Both the position numbers and the translations under genes were made by a program. This document shows, one piece after another, positions 11,583-23,148 of a stretch of DNA of 64,000 nucleotides; positions within the stretch are counted from its first letter, which is position 1, and every line of letters begins with the position of its first letter. The stretch comes from Magallana gigas (Eukaryota): the NCBI RefSeq assembly GCF_963853765.1, contig NC_088857.1, forward strand, positions 38,068,001 through 38,132,000. Reading direction: 5' to 3'. The notes under the pieces are model-generated. The model ran no database searches. It was not told the origin of the DNA and worked only from the letters and a program-made list of their open reading frames with translations.

Positions 11583-14500
11583 TTTTGGACCTTTAATTTT
11601 CCTCCTCTGACATTGTGGGGTTATATCGTACCAGTACTTAAAGATTTGTCTTGCAAAGAACTGTAAACTATGCATTGTTTTATATTTGTTTTGCATTACA
11701 TAGGGAATGTATATCAAAATAAGCAATTTTGTTGTAGTAATGACTTTTTCTAGAAAATGAAATGTTAAATTGATGTGTGTTTGTGTTAGTATTTTACTTA
11801 TGGGAAACAGATTGTATGCTATAAAGTTTGGATGTTCAAATTGATATTTTTATTATTTGATTATTCTCTAGCATATTTTGATCAATATTCAAAAGATATT
11901 CCTTTGCAAGGAATGTTTATACCAGCTTAGTTGCCTAGCAAAAATTTAGAGTTATCTTTTGTTTTAGGTTTGAGCAAAAATATCACAGGTTCTAGCACAT
12001 GGGATAATCTGGTAGGATATGTTTAAACATCTGTACTGCTTGAATTTTTTTAAAGAAAAAATTAAAAGATTTTAAATAATTCTAAAAACAAAAGTACTTG
12101 CAGTACAAGTCTTCAAACTCTTGTTATTGGGGGTCAGTAGTCTGATGCTGTATCCACTGAGCTAAGTCCAGGTTATAAATGATAATTATACAATTCATTT
12201 CAATGACAATGTTGTAATGAACTGTCATAAAAAGTATTAAGGGATGTAGAGACCTTAACGCCATGATATCTTATCTGCGCTTATTGCATGCGCGGATTCA
12301 GAAATTATAACCAGGGGTTGGGGGATTTTTTGCTTGCCAGGTGTCCAAGACCTTCGAATAAATTTTCCAGGGGAAGTGGGCATTAACCTCACCAATCCTA
12401 TTATATCTGCCCATGCATTGAGGTTTATATTTTTTAAGTGGGAATGTAAACTAAAGAGGGTCTCCTCTCATTCCAAAAAGTATTCGTTTCGACATTTAAA
12501 AAAAAATGACTGCATATATTAATTAAAAGAAATGTATGCATCTACATCCAAATAAGGTGCAAAAATCGCATGAAACTTCATGTAAATCCTGCTTTGAAAC
12601 AATTTTATGAAAAAATCCTAATATTATAAATTCGTTGAAACATCTTCCTTTCGATTCATATTTTTATTTGCTTTGAACCAATTATTTTCTGAAGGAAAAA
12701 AATCCTTTTATCTAATCCAATTACAATTGGACCTTTCATCACTCTCTCCGTTTATCTATAGTCTTGCGCAATAAAGAAAGTTGAAATGGATTCTATTTGT
12801 CAACTCTTTGTGAATTATTACAAATACACGTAGATATTAACGAAGAGCGGGATTTAATGAAAAAGTTTTTTTTTATCACGCGGAAAAATTGAAAAATAAC
12901 TTGAGTTTCAATACAACAATACGTTCTTTCAGCTTGCCGTTTGTTCATGTATGAATATTTAAAATTTATTGCTGCTCGAACATATTAACACACTCTCATT
13001 CTTTTACTTGTCTTTCCCAGACAAGTTATATACATATGAACGGTAGGGGAGAAATACATGTATTTTATGGAAAACACGAAGCATGACTTGTATAGACTAT
13101 TTCAAAGCGTTTAAATTCAATACAGTAATGAAAGAAATAAGGTACCGACCACCCTTTGTATCCATACTATTATCATTCCCTCAGCTGACTGAAGCATCGT
13201 GTGGTAGTTTCCTGTTTTTTATTTATCATTGCGGTAATAATTTGGTTATGATTGTAATTTATTGATTACTTAAAAAAAAAAAACATTGTCTAAGCTCTTC
13301 ATCTACTCAAAATCGATTTTGTCTAGAGAGCATAGAGTTATCTCCCGTAGTAAGTAATGACGCTTCAGGTGTAAACAGGTAATACACGAGGGGGTAAGGT
13401 AAGGCCATGTTTACATCATTTTATCCATAGATTTTACGCAGCGATACAAATATCAAATAATATTCATGAACATATCTTTGAAAATCTGCAAAATATTTGT
13501 AAAATATTGATATACACTCGGGATTTTAGGACGATTTCGATCTGCATACCTGGGTAATTGGATTTTGTCACTGGCGAAGTATGTAGCACACTAAGGATTT
13601 ACAGTATGAGCAATGTAAACACTTCATGGCTCACTGCTTATCCTCAATGGTTTTGTGATGAATAACGGTTTAATTATTGATAATGACCAAACATGTGCTC
13701 GTTCATCAAAAAGCTTGGGTCGGATTCAAAATTATTGCTGTGTTTATTTTTTTTACCCACCCCTTTGCAAAACGTTAGTGTAAGTAGTTCATGAAGTAAA
13801 CGAAAAAGTGATAGAGTATGGTCTAAACAGAGTGGATTGGTTTTCATTGTCAATGCTAATGAATGGATGCTCAATTCTATATGCCACGGTGATTAAGAAC
13901 AACGCACTCGCTGCCCCCCCCCCCCCCCCCCGGTTGCCGTGAAACTTATAATGTAAGACACCCTAACGTTTACCGTTAGAGAAACATTGCAGTACTGTTG
14001 ACATAGCGTTTATAATGTGGAGCTGTAAATGTTATATCATGTACTCATAACACTAATATACATATATCAAACTACCAGTGGGGTAAAATGTACAGGTATT
14101 TGAATGAAATCATTATCTCTATGTTAATCTATTTTAAATATTTCCTTTTTATAGGAAAAAAATTAACCACAAAGCATTTTGGTGTGTACTTTAAAGTTCA
14201 TGCTATTGTACATGTGATAATTTTCTGATTGTCAGGCGGACGGACTGAGTCATTCCTATTGAATTATTCGTGGGAATCTAATTTTTTTCATTTTTTGAAG
14301 ATTAGTTAAATTTTTTATTTGAACTATAGGTATGAAAAATGTAGGAAAATATCGTGCATACCCCGTCCCCTTTTATTTAACACGTACATATGGTACATGC
14401 AAGCCTAATGGACCGCAACAAACGTTATTACTACCATCTGCAATAGAAATTTGTTAAATGATTTTGATCGCTTTTTGAAATGTATATAACGTATTTAAGT

Positions 14501-14663
14501 TTTAACAATTCAAGCACTTCAAAGACTTTATCGGATATAAAATGTTTCGATTAAACTAAAGCGAGAGCCCCCACCCAAGAAAAAAACCATACCTTTTTAG
14601 AGATGTGCCTCCTTTGGGTTTAATATCAACGACGTCTTGTACTTTTATGTTTTTATAGAAGAG

Positions 14664-16085
14664 ATGGAAGGAAGTGATGAGGAAAAAACAACTAATAAAA
14701 CTGACGAAAAACAGGAGGATGCTGAAAAGGACTTTGAGGACATCCAACTCGATATCGACACAGACGTAGCCAAATACAGCCACGAAAAAGAGAGTCCTAG
14801 ACCGAGAGAAAACGGAAAACATCCAGAAAATGTTATCACCGACCAGCCCATTGACGCAACGCCTCCGCCATCTTACGCCAATGACGTCACAGTTCATGGC
14901 CTTGACCCTCCTGTGGTCCGACAAGGACCCTTGAAACCAAAGCCGAAGGACTTTGTGGTGACGTCATGTTTTGTCATTCTTTGCTGCAATTTTATATTCG
15001 GGCTTTTAGGATATCATTTTGGAGGTAAATATTATTGGGCCTTCAGATATACAAATGCTAGACATTTGGATCATTTCGTCTTTTCGTTGCTTATTCTAGG
15101 AAATGTTTAAAAGTGATCCGAACGGTCCGTATGCGAAAATACCGTATAAATTCGAAATTATATTTCAAAACATGTAGCCTTTTATCTCCTGCAAAAATTG
15201 ACAAATATTAGTGCCCATGGTGATCACGATTATAATATATATTGATATTCGTGCCATCCAACATGTACATAATTGTGTCGTAGCCATGAATTCAATATCA
15301 AACATTTCCTATAAAATCTTTGTCACGCCGGTCGCTACGTCCTTATTGCGATAATGTCGCGTCCTTAAATATCGTAAAACGCCAAGGTACACGCAGTAGA
15401 GTCCTACAGCGCCGCAACAACGCAGCGGCATCATCTTCTTCATCTTTTCATTTTTCTGCGTTCACACAGCGACTCCACGGTATTTCTAGTGCGTTGTCAG
15501 CCAGACCTTAAAAAACTTGAACAATCGATGACTGTTTTCAAAACTTGTTGTGGACAACTATGTAAAAAGTAGCATTTGCAAATGTTTCAGGACCTATTTG
15601 AGGGCGTAGATGAAATTCATGCCATTTTGTTCTGATGTTATTAGCTCTTCTATGTTTTCTAACATCAAACAACAGTTATTCTTTGTAGACCTGACTACTA
15701 AGATTGTTGTCTTTCACAAATTCTTTGGATTATTTCAATTACAAACTTGGTGTGACAGGGCCTTAAGCATCCTTATATCAAATTTTCATACAGGAGAAAC
15801 GTGCCACCTTTTTACATTTTATGTACATGATTTATTTTTGCAAAACATGTACAGTATTATATAAGTTGTTTAAAAAAATAGCTTTTTATTGCAGTCAAAG
15901 CTAATCACGCATGGCAGTTGGGAGACGAGCATTCCTCACGAAAACGTGCCAAAGTTGCTATGATCTTCGTGATCTTGGGTATCATCGCGGGAATTTCCAC
16001 GTACGTGTTAGCGCTCACGCTGTACTTCACGCTGAATAAGGATGAACCCGTGAGCTACCATCACTCAAACACGCAAGCAGGATGA
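14664..16085 (+). CDS. CD225/dispanin-family membrane protein (PRRT/SynDIG/IFITM-like), about 183 aa
   Basis: Exons 14664-15024 and 15895-16085 (phase 1, TGA). Acidic/Pro-rich N-terminus with PPSY, then PKDFVVTSCFVILCCNFIFGLLGYHFG|VKANHAWQLGDEHSSRKRAKVAMIFVILGIIAGISTYVL, i.e. two hydrophobic segments with CC and a basic linker typical of CD225. An additional upstream exon is possible (acceptor at 14658). Confidence 0.8.
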
Positions 16086-18324
16086 TTGTTTCTCATAACG
16101 TACATATATTCATACACCATTGTTGAATGATGAAAAAGCAGAATCAGGTCTACATACATGTATATGAAGAAATAAGAGAGAGAGTAGAGTGGACTCCCTC
16201 AATCTGGTCAAAAGAAGGGGCATTCTAACATTATTAATTACACAAGCGAGTCGCTTTGTTGAACAATAATTTTAAATTTTGATTTAGATCTAATTCATTT
16301 TATCCAAGACTGTCACGTTGGACTGTTCGTGTCTGACAGCAGTTTGATGTGGCATGTTTTCCATTGTTAACAACATTGCTTTGGTTATAAATTAGTGAAC
16401 ATTTCATTTAAGACCAGTGTTGATTTCCATTTGTTTTGGTGCGTGAACTAGATTGCTATATCACATCAAAAGTATTGTTTAAACCTTTCTATTAGGGAAC
16501 CAAAAACATGTACACGTATCTAGAGGGAAGTGTGTGTGCATGTTTTATATAATTGTCATCGAAGTTTGAAAATGCATTGGAGTATTTTTGAGAAATTTCA
16601 TGAATTTTAACACAGGTTTTCTAAAGAAGATTTGAATTTTTAATAAGTTGGAATTGTAATACATCATTTGTTTTTGGATTTTTTAAGCATCATTCGTCTT
16701 TACCAGCATTTTTCTATAAGTGATTTGTATAATGTCTATTTCATACATAAATTCGTCATTTTTGTCATATGTTTAAATTGTGTATCATTGTATGTAATTC
16801 ATATAAGGTATGTTATGATATTTATATATTGTTCAAGAAGTCTTTGTGTAGAACCATTCAACCATTCCAGCAAATCTACAATTTATTTTTATTACGTATC
16901 AATTTTAGATGATTTTACTAATGTTTGTTTTAAAATTTTAACGCTTTTATTTACACGTATATTGTACACTGTCTTAAGAGGAGAAGGTAGGGTTCTCTTT
17001 GTTCGTTCATGCGTCTCTGTGCTTGTCCATTACACGTATGACTTAAAAATTCCTTGTTCCAAACTTTCTGGATTAAGCATGTATGTACCTCTTACCCATC
17101 TTATTTAAATAAAATATCTTCCAAAGGGCTGGGGGGTGAACAAATTAACCCTCAGATCCATAGAATTTTTAGAAATGATGTTTTGAGCTACAATGTATAA
17201 ACTTAACTTTTATTTTGTAAAGTAAAAATTCTATTTATATATGAGCTTTAAAAAAAGTTTTTTCCAAAATCATACATAGAGCTCTTCTTCCTTAGGAGAT
17301 CAATATAGTCTCAGAATGGCCACGACTATCGATTGGATTGAAATTTGACTTGTTTGCTATCTAGCACTTCCAAAGTGTCGTGATCTTTATTCTAGGTCAT
17401 ATCTGAAAGATTAAGGTCAAGGGTCAAACTGTCCAGTTACTACTCGATATCTTTTGTACAATTTAGGGTCCTAATTTATACCATATTGTTTGGGTAGTAC
17501 TTCTTTACAGCTTGCTTTCGTTTGAATGTTACATGGAATGGTTGTATGACCCTATGACCTATCACCTGTAAGATGACGATTGTGTTTCATTGTGCTTGAA
17601 GGTTATAGCCTATATTGAAGGTCAAAGTCACTGATGTCATTCACAAGGGAAATAGCTTGCCTTGTACAAATCATAAAAATCATGTATAAGCAATAAAGCA
17701 TAATCTACCGTGTCAACGAACAACGGTGTTTTTAATCTGTCATTTCAATATAAAGATAAATTTTAAAAACATTTCTAGCCTCTGTATTTTCATTTGAATT
17801 CTGTTTATAAAGTTTCGGCATGTGTCATATGTTATTTTTGTATTTCATTTTAATATGGTTGGCGATATTATATAGTGCATATTCACCAAGTTAAGTGTTG
17901 AACAAATAAAAAAAAATCCTTTAAATATCTTTCTTTTTTGATTTTTATTTACAATGTCTAGAATGTTTTCTTTCGGTACTAATTTTACAATTTCTGCATA
18001 ATAATCTAAATTGTATATTTGATTTACAACCAAAAATTATATCACGTCTTTATTTAATACACTTTAAAGCACAAAAGCATAACATTGAATCCAAAACAAA
18101 TTCAAATGGGAAAAAAATTCTCAGTATAAAATAAACAGATAAATTACAGACTAGCATTTGTATATTCATATATTTACATTTTCAACTGTCTTTGTCTGTG
18201 ATAACATTAGGAATAAAATTTGAAGCTTTCATAAAAGATGAACGGCACAAAATGGGCGTGTGCTACATGAAAAAATATTGTTGTTTTAAAAAGTTTAGAA
18301 ATTGGAAATAATGTGAATATAAGT

Positions 18325-18469
18325 AATAAGGAATCATTCTTTGAATATTATGTGGTGATAATTTTGGTCGGAGCGTGGGAAAATCTATCATAAAGCCCAT
18401 GGATTAGACCACGCCCCGACCAAAATTATCACCTCATAATGCTAAAGAATGATCTTATTCCCTAAATAA
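18325..18469. repeat. Palindromic repeat, copy A (family with 3 copies in the window)
   Basis: The arm AATAAGGAATCATTCTTTGAATATTATGTGGTGATAATTTTGGTCGG and its reverse complement; related to 52610-52727 and 58700-58816. Confidence 0.8.
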
Positions 18470-18920
18470 TCTTATAACGTCTTAATCAAGTAGGGTGCTT
18501 GTTTTTAGGAGGTATGGGGCATATTTCGGCGTATCTTTATTTTCCAAATGCTGTAACATGAACTATACATGTAATCTCATTGGTGTTTTTTTTTCATTAA
18601 TTTTTCCACAATCTCAGTTTTACTTGGTAGTGCACAAGCTAGATCAAAGCGTCAGGTACTGATTTGCAAATCACAAAGGCTTGTTGCAATTGTTACCCTT
18701 ATAAGACTGAGTATTGGTCAAATATTGAACAGTTTGAAACTTTTAGAACAGTGATTGTGTTTTGGTTTTAAAATAGCTTTCACTTATCCCGGGTCCATTA
18801 ATTTCGTAAGGTGTCTCATACCACCTTAAATTGCAAGATACAGTGTACTTAATTCTTTACGAGGTACATGTTGTAATGCGAACAAAGAAAGTTCACTCTT
18901 CGGCATTTACTCCGAAATCC

Positions 18921-20381
18921 TCATTTGGGTATGTCGGAAGGATCTATACACAATCCGGAGACATCATCAAAACAGACTTTTGTGGAGTTCAGTGGACTGG
19001 TTCGACAAATGTTCGACTGGAGAGTGGGTTCTACATTAGCAGACAACTTGGCGGCAAGGTAAGCAAACAGGAGAATCTCTAAAACAAGAACAATAAATGT
19101 CACGATCATGCATAATCTCTCAATTAAGAGAGCGACCCGTTTCCACGTCACTTCCGTCAAAATCGCGTTCGAACTTTTGATGGCGTCATCTTTAGACATG
19201 CGTTGATCCTCGACCGACGACTCGTCTATTTTGTTGTTTTTTGCGACATTTCTTTTGTAATTGTTGGCAATTTTACGAGAACATGGGTTGAAGAAAAAAG
19301 TTACGATTCGTTTGATAAGGAATGGAATCGGTGCTGTTTCTTCCCGCTGGTTCAGCATCGCCGTCAGAAAGCTTGAACATGTGATGAAGGCACTGAGAAG
19401 AAACTGAAAAACCAGGAAATATATGATAAGCGGAACCGGATTGGAGGTTTCTGGGATTAACCCCGCCACGTAGATGAGATAAACCGTGAAAGACAGAAGA
19501 AGAGCAACGCAAAACGACAATCGATCCTCGGGTACCGCCGGGATGAAATAAACAACGGTGTTTAGCATACTGAGCACGAATAATGGAACAGCAATGTTCA
19601 GGAATAGGTAGGCCGGTCTTCGAATCAACTTAATTGGAAAGACGAGGACTCGGCGTTCGTTATTGTGTTCCTGGCCATAGCGACTAGGCGCAAGGTCCAG
19701 ATCACATGGCTGCATAGGAAAATAAATCCATTTCGCGTTATCGTAGAACACTTGAGTCTTTTCAGGCATGTTGGCTATCACCGTCGAAGTAACCACGAAC
19801 TGAACGGAGCATTCATGTTCATCGAACGGAAAGTTCTCCAGATTTGGCTGACAATATGTATCTGTTTTCACCAAGCCATCATAAAAGAGAACGCCAATGT
19901 AACCAAGAACCGCAGCTTCATTTCCTTTATCCTTAAAAATATCCATTTCACCCAGTGGGTTAAACAAACGTATACCTGGTCTCCAGATTTCTCCTAGTTT
20001 CATTGGTAAGTACGAGATGGTGTAATTAATGACCGTCTTTTCTTGTAGTATTGCTATGGTATCGGTATCCCACTTCAAGCGCTTGTCGCTCCATAACATG
20101 AATATAGAAGAAAGAAGTTTCAACTCTCCGTTGATTTCGTCAAACCTTTCTAATCTGGATACGTCAAACCGTAATCCAACTCTTGTAAGAGGTTCATCCG
20201 AAACCTTATATCCACCGTTCTGACTAAAAAGTTGGTTTCGTAGGTTAGACGAAGCGTTTAAAAGTTGAACCTTTTCATTTTCTTCGAAATTGAATTTTTC
20301 CGACAGATAATCCACAGAGATACCGTAAGAAAATCTCAATGACGCACAATATAGAAACAGTACATATTTTAGCGTCTTCAT
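18921..20381 (-). CDS. Intronless Cys-loop ligand-gated ion channel subunit (divergent nAChR-like, non-alpha), 486 aa
   Basis: Signal peptide; WSDKRLKW; IWRPGIRLFN; Cys-loop C-QPNLENFPFDEHE-C (13-residue spacing); RRP before M1; four hydrophobic helices; M2 DRLSFCVALLLSFTVYL. Single uninterrupted ORF. Confidence 0.92.
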   Translation of the reverse strand: MKTLKYVLFLYCASLRFSYGISVDYLSEKFNFEENEKVQLLNASSNLRNQLFSQNGGYKVSDEPLTRVGLRFDVSRLERFDEINGELKLLSSIFMLWSDKRLKWDTDTIAILQEKTVINYTISYLPMKLGEIWRPGIRLFNPLGEMDIFKDKGNEAAVLGYIGVLFYDGLVKTDTYCQPNLENFPFDEHECSVQFVVTSTVIANMPEKTQVFYDNAKWIYFPMQPCDLDLAPSRYGQEHNNERRVLVFPIKLIRRPAYLFLNIAVPLFVLSMLNTVVYFIPAVPEDRLSFCVALLLSFTVYLIYVAGLIPETSNPVPLIIYFLVFQFLLSAFITCSSFLTAMLNQREETAPIPFLIKRIVTFFFNPCSRKIANNYKRNVAKNNKIDESSVEDQRMSKDDAIKSSNAILTEVTWKRVALLIERLCMIVTFIVLVLEILLFAYLAAKLSANVEPTLQSNICRTSPLNSTKVCFDDVSGLCIDPSDIPK

Positions 20382-21687
20382 TTTGAGACCTGATTTGCGT
20401 CTTTTTAGAGATCAGCTGCCACCAGTACCGTTGAAATTGGAGAGCTTTCGTTCGTCACACTACAAGTACCGGTCAGCTTCAGGTTGAATTTGTCTTGAAA
20501 ATGGAATACAATTCATCATAATTTAAAGTTTAATACCACAGTGTAAGATAAATAATTAATAGACCACTAAGGCTCAAGAGAGTATTACACAAACGTAATT
20601 TTGAGGTAAAATAAAAACATTTTCAGTAAAAATTGATTTACTTCTAGTAAATGAAGCAAGTATAATTAGAGGGGAAAACGAAAAATGGACAAACAACAGG
20701 CTCGATCGAGCGTACTGTGGTGCATATCAATAGTTTCCTGCATTGTATTTATTCTGTGCAGTGAATGAGGTATCCCATGGGATTTGCCCCTGGTGACACA
20801 TGACCTGCACTGATACGATTCTATGTTGTTATATCAATTGAATGTCATAATTTCTATATTCGTGGTAAAGTGTGATACAAAGCACCATTAATGTAATGAT
20901 TATTTACCTAAACCGACAGATCAGACAATATAACGAGTCTGTACGAAAAGCCTTGCATCTTCGTCTTTTCAGAAATGCATTTGACAGCATGGTTACGTTG
21001 TATACAGTCGAATTATTTTTCTATAACAGAAAAATATGTTGCAGGTTTTTGAATCTGAATGTAAAATGTTTTAAAACGCTCCCCCCCCCCCAAAAAAAAA
21101 AACACATTAAAAATGAATGTTAAATGAAACGAAAAAAACAATATTTTGTTTTCCAGGTTACCGTTTCTATCAAAATTTGTCGATTTCTTGATAAATAAAC
21201 ATACCTGTCAATGAAAACAATTGAAATCAATGAATGATTTCATTCTTAAGATTTCCTCTTTCACACCTCCCCTCTTCATACCCGGAGAAATTAACAGGAA
21301 CGAAAATACCTTTATCCCGGGGATTTATGATGGTAAAATCTGCAGGTAGTTTTTTTTATATTCATTCCGAAACAGGACACCTCAAACAATTTTTCAATAT
21401 GATCATCCGGGTACTTTTTATGTCGTTTGCAATTTCAAATCCCCACAGACTTATTTTTATTTGTGGCTGTGTATTGAAACTTAAAAAGATAGAGAAGGCA
21501 TTTCAAAACGGAGAAAAACTTGAATTGATTTTGAAGCAAAGGCATTTATGATTATCGAAATATTTAGCGAAAAGTAGTTGAAGCAGAAACTTGAAAAAGA
21601 AAACAGTAGTACTTTGTAATTTTTAATCAGCCACAGCAAGATATCAGTATGTCAAAGATATGAATAGACCACCTCTTTTCAATTCTA

Positions 21688-23148
21688 TCAACGAATGAGG
21701 TCAAGGGATATACACTCGGTTACGTTATCGATACAAAAATGTGACGTCATCTCTTTCATTGGGTTGGTCCGACAAATGTCGGACTCCAAGGCAGGATCCA
21801 CTGACGAATTAAGGAGAGAGGCGAGGTACGCAAACAGCAGAATTTCTAGGAAGAGAATGATGGTGGTTATGGTGAAAAACATTCTGTCCACGACCGTCGA
21901 GATATTGTTCCAAGTGATATTACTGGAAAGAGTTTCATCCGATGACGTGTTTACATCATATTTACTCTTTAAGTCACACTCGTCCGTATTAGTAAGTTTT
22001 GCGTCATTAGTGTTGTCCAGCTCTACATCTCGAACACGCTTTCTTTGAAATCGTTGGAATGCTCGAAGGATTACACGGGGAATCTCTTTCTTCCCTTGTT
22101 TTTGATTAAGCATGGCTGTCACGAAGCTGGAACAGGTTATGAAGGCACTGAGCAGAAACTGGAACAAAAGAAAGTATATTATCATCGGAACAGGGTTTGA
22201 AGTTTCCGGAATAAGTTCCGCCACGTAAATGAGGTACACTGTAAAGGAAAGCAGCAGGGCAATAGAGAAGGAAAGCCTGTCTTGTGGAACAGCGGGGATG
22301 AAGAAGACGACTGTATTCAGGATGCTGAGCATGAACAGAGGAACGGCTATATTGACGAAAAGGAACGAGGATCTCCGGATGATCTTGATCGGGAAAACAA
22401 GAACTCTTCGTTCTTTATTGTTTTGCCTTCCGTATCGACTTGGTGCTAAATTCAGATCACAAGGTGTTTGTGGGTAATATATCCACTTCGCGTTATCGTT
22501 GAATAGCTTTGTTTTCTTGAGTGAATTGGTAATAACTGTTGAAGTTGCTACAAATTGAACGGAGCATTCGTGTTCGTCAAATGGGAAATATTTCAAATTT
22601 GGTTGGCAGACTGTTTCCGTTTTCAGTAAACCGTCAAAAAAGACAAACCCTTCTTCGTGCACGACGGCTTTCTCATTTTCTGTCCCTTTGAATATGTCGT
22701 CTAACGGATTGAACAAACTGATATCTGGTTTCCACAATGACTTTAACTTGACATCTATGTATGCTACAGTCAAAGACAGTTTTGTCTTCTCTTGGTATAT
22801 GGACATACTGTAGGGATTCCAAGACAGTCGAAGATCGCTCCAGAATATAAAAACAGAAGATATTAGCTTTAAATTCCCTGCAACTTCATCGAACTCCTGC
22901 AATCTGGAAACTTCAAAATTGAAACCCACCCGTGTTATTGGATCATCGTCATCCTTGTACCCAGATTCGGGGCCCATGATAGAGTCCCGGATGTAGGCAG
23001 TGTAATTCAAAAGTTGGCGCTTTTCTTCCCAATTGAAATTGAATTTCCATTTCTGATAATCCTCGTACTGGCACATGGAAACGCACACTTCGTTAACAAA
23101 TATGAAAAATAAACCTAATCCAACTTTGTTTCCCATTTTTTTTAACAT
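21688..23148 (-). CDS. Intronless Cys-loop ligand-gated ion channel subunit, tandem paralog, 486 aa
   Basis: WSDLRLSW; LWKPDISLFN; Cys-loop C-QPNLKYFPFDEHE-C; M2 DRLSFSIALLLSFTVYL. Collinear with 18921-20381 throughout. Confidence 0.92.
   Translation of the reverse strand: MLKKMGNKVGLGLFFIFVNEVCVSMCQYEDYQKWKFNFNWEEKRQLLNYTAYIRDSIMGPESGYKDDDDPITRVGFNFEVSRLQEFDEVAGNLKLISSVFIFWSDLRLSWNPYSMSIYQEKTKLSLTVAYIDVKLKSLWKPDISLFNPLDDIFKGTENEKAVVHEEGFVFFDGLLKTETVCQPNLKYFPFDEHECSVQFVATSTVITNSLKKTKLFNDNAKWIYYPQTPCDLNLAPSRYGRQNNKERRVLVFPIKIIRRSSFLFVNIAVPLFMLSILNTVVFFIPAVPQDRLSFSIALLLSFTVYLIYVAELIPETSNPVPMIIYFLLFQFLLSAFITCSSFVTAMLNQKQGKKEIPRVILRAFQRFQRKRVRDVELDNTNDAKLTNTDECDLKSKYDVNTSSDETLSSNITWNNISTVVDRMFFTITTIILFLEILLFAYLASLLNSSVDPALESDICRTNPMKEMTSHFCIDNVTECISLDLIR

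Noticed and set aside
15320-15511. CpG-rich block in the dispanin intron with a 63-aa ORF
   Set aside because: No matching TIRs, TSD or protein motif could be established; left as an unclassified repeat fragment.
18921-23148. Both channel ORFs are exactly 486 aa
   Set aside because: Indels differ along the alignment (N-terminus, M3-M4 loop, tail), so equal length is coincidence.
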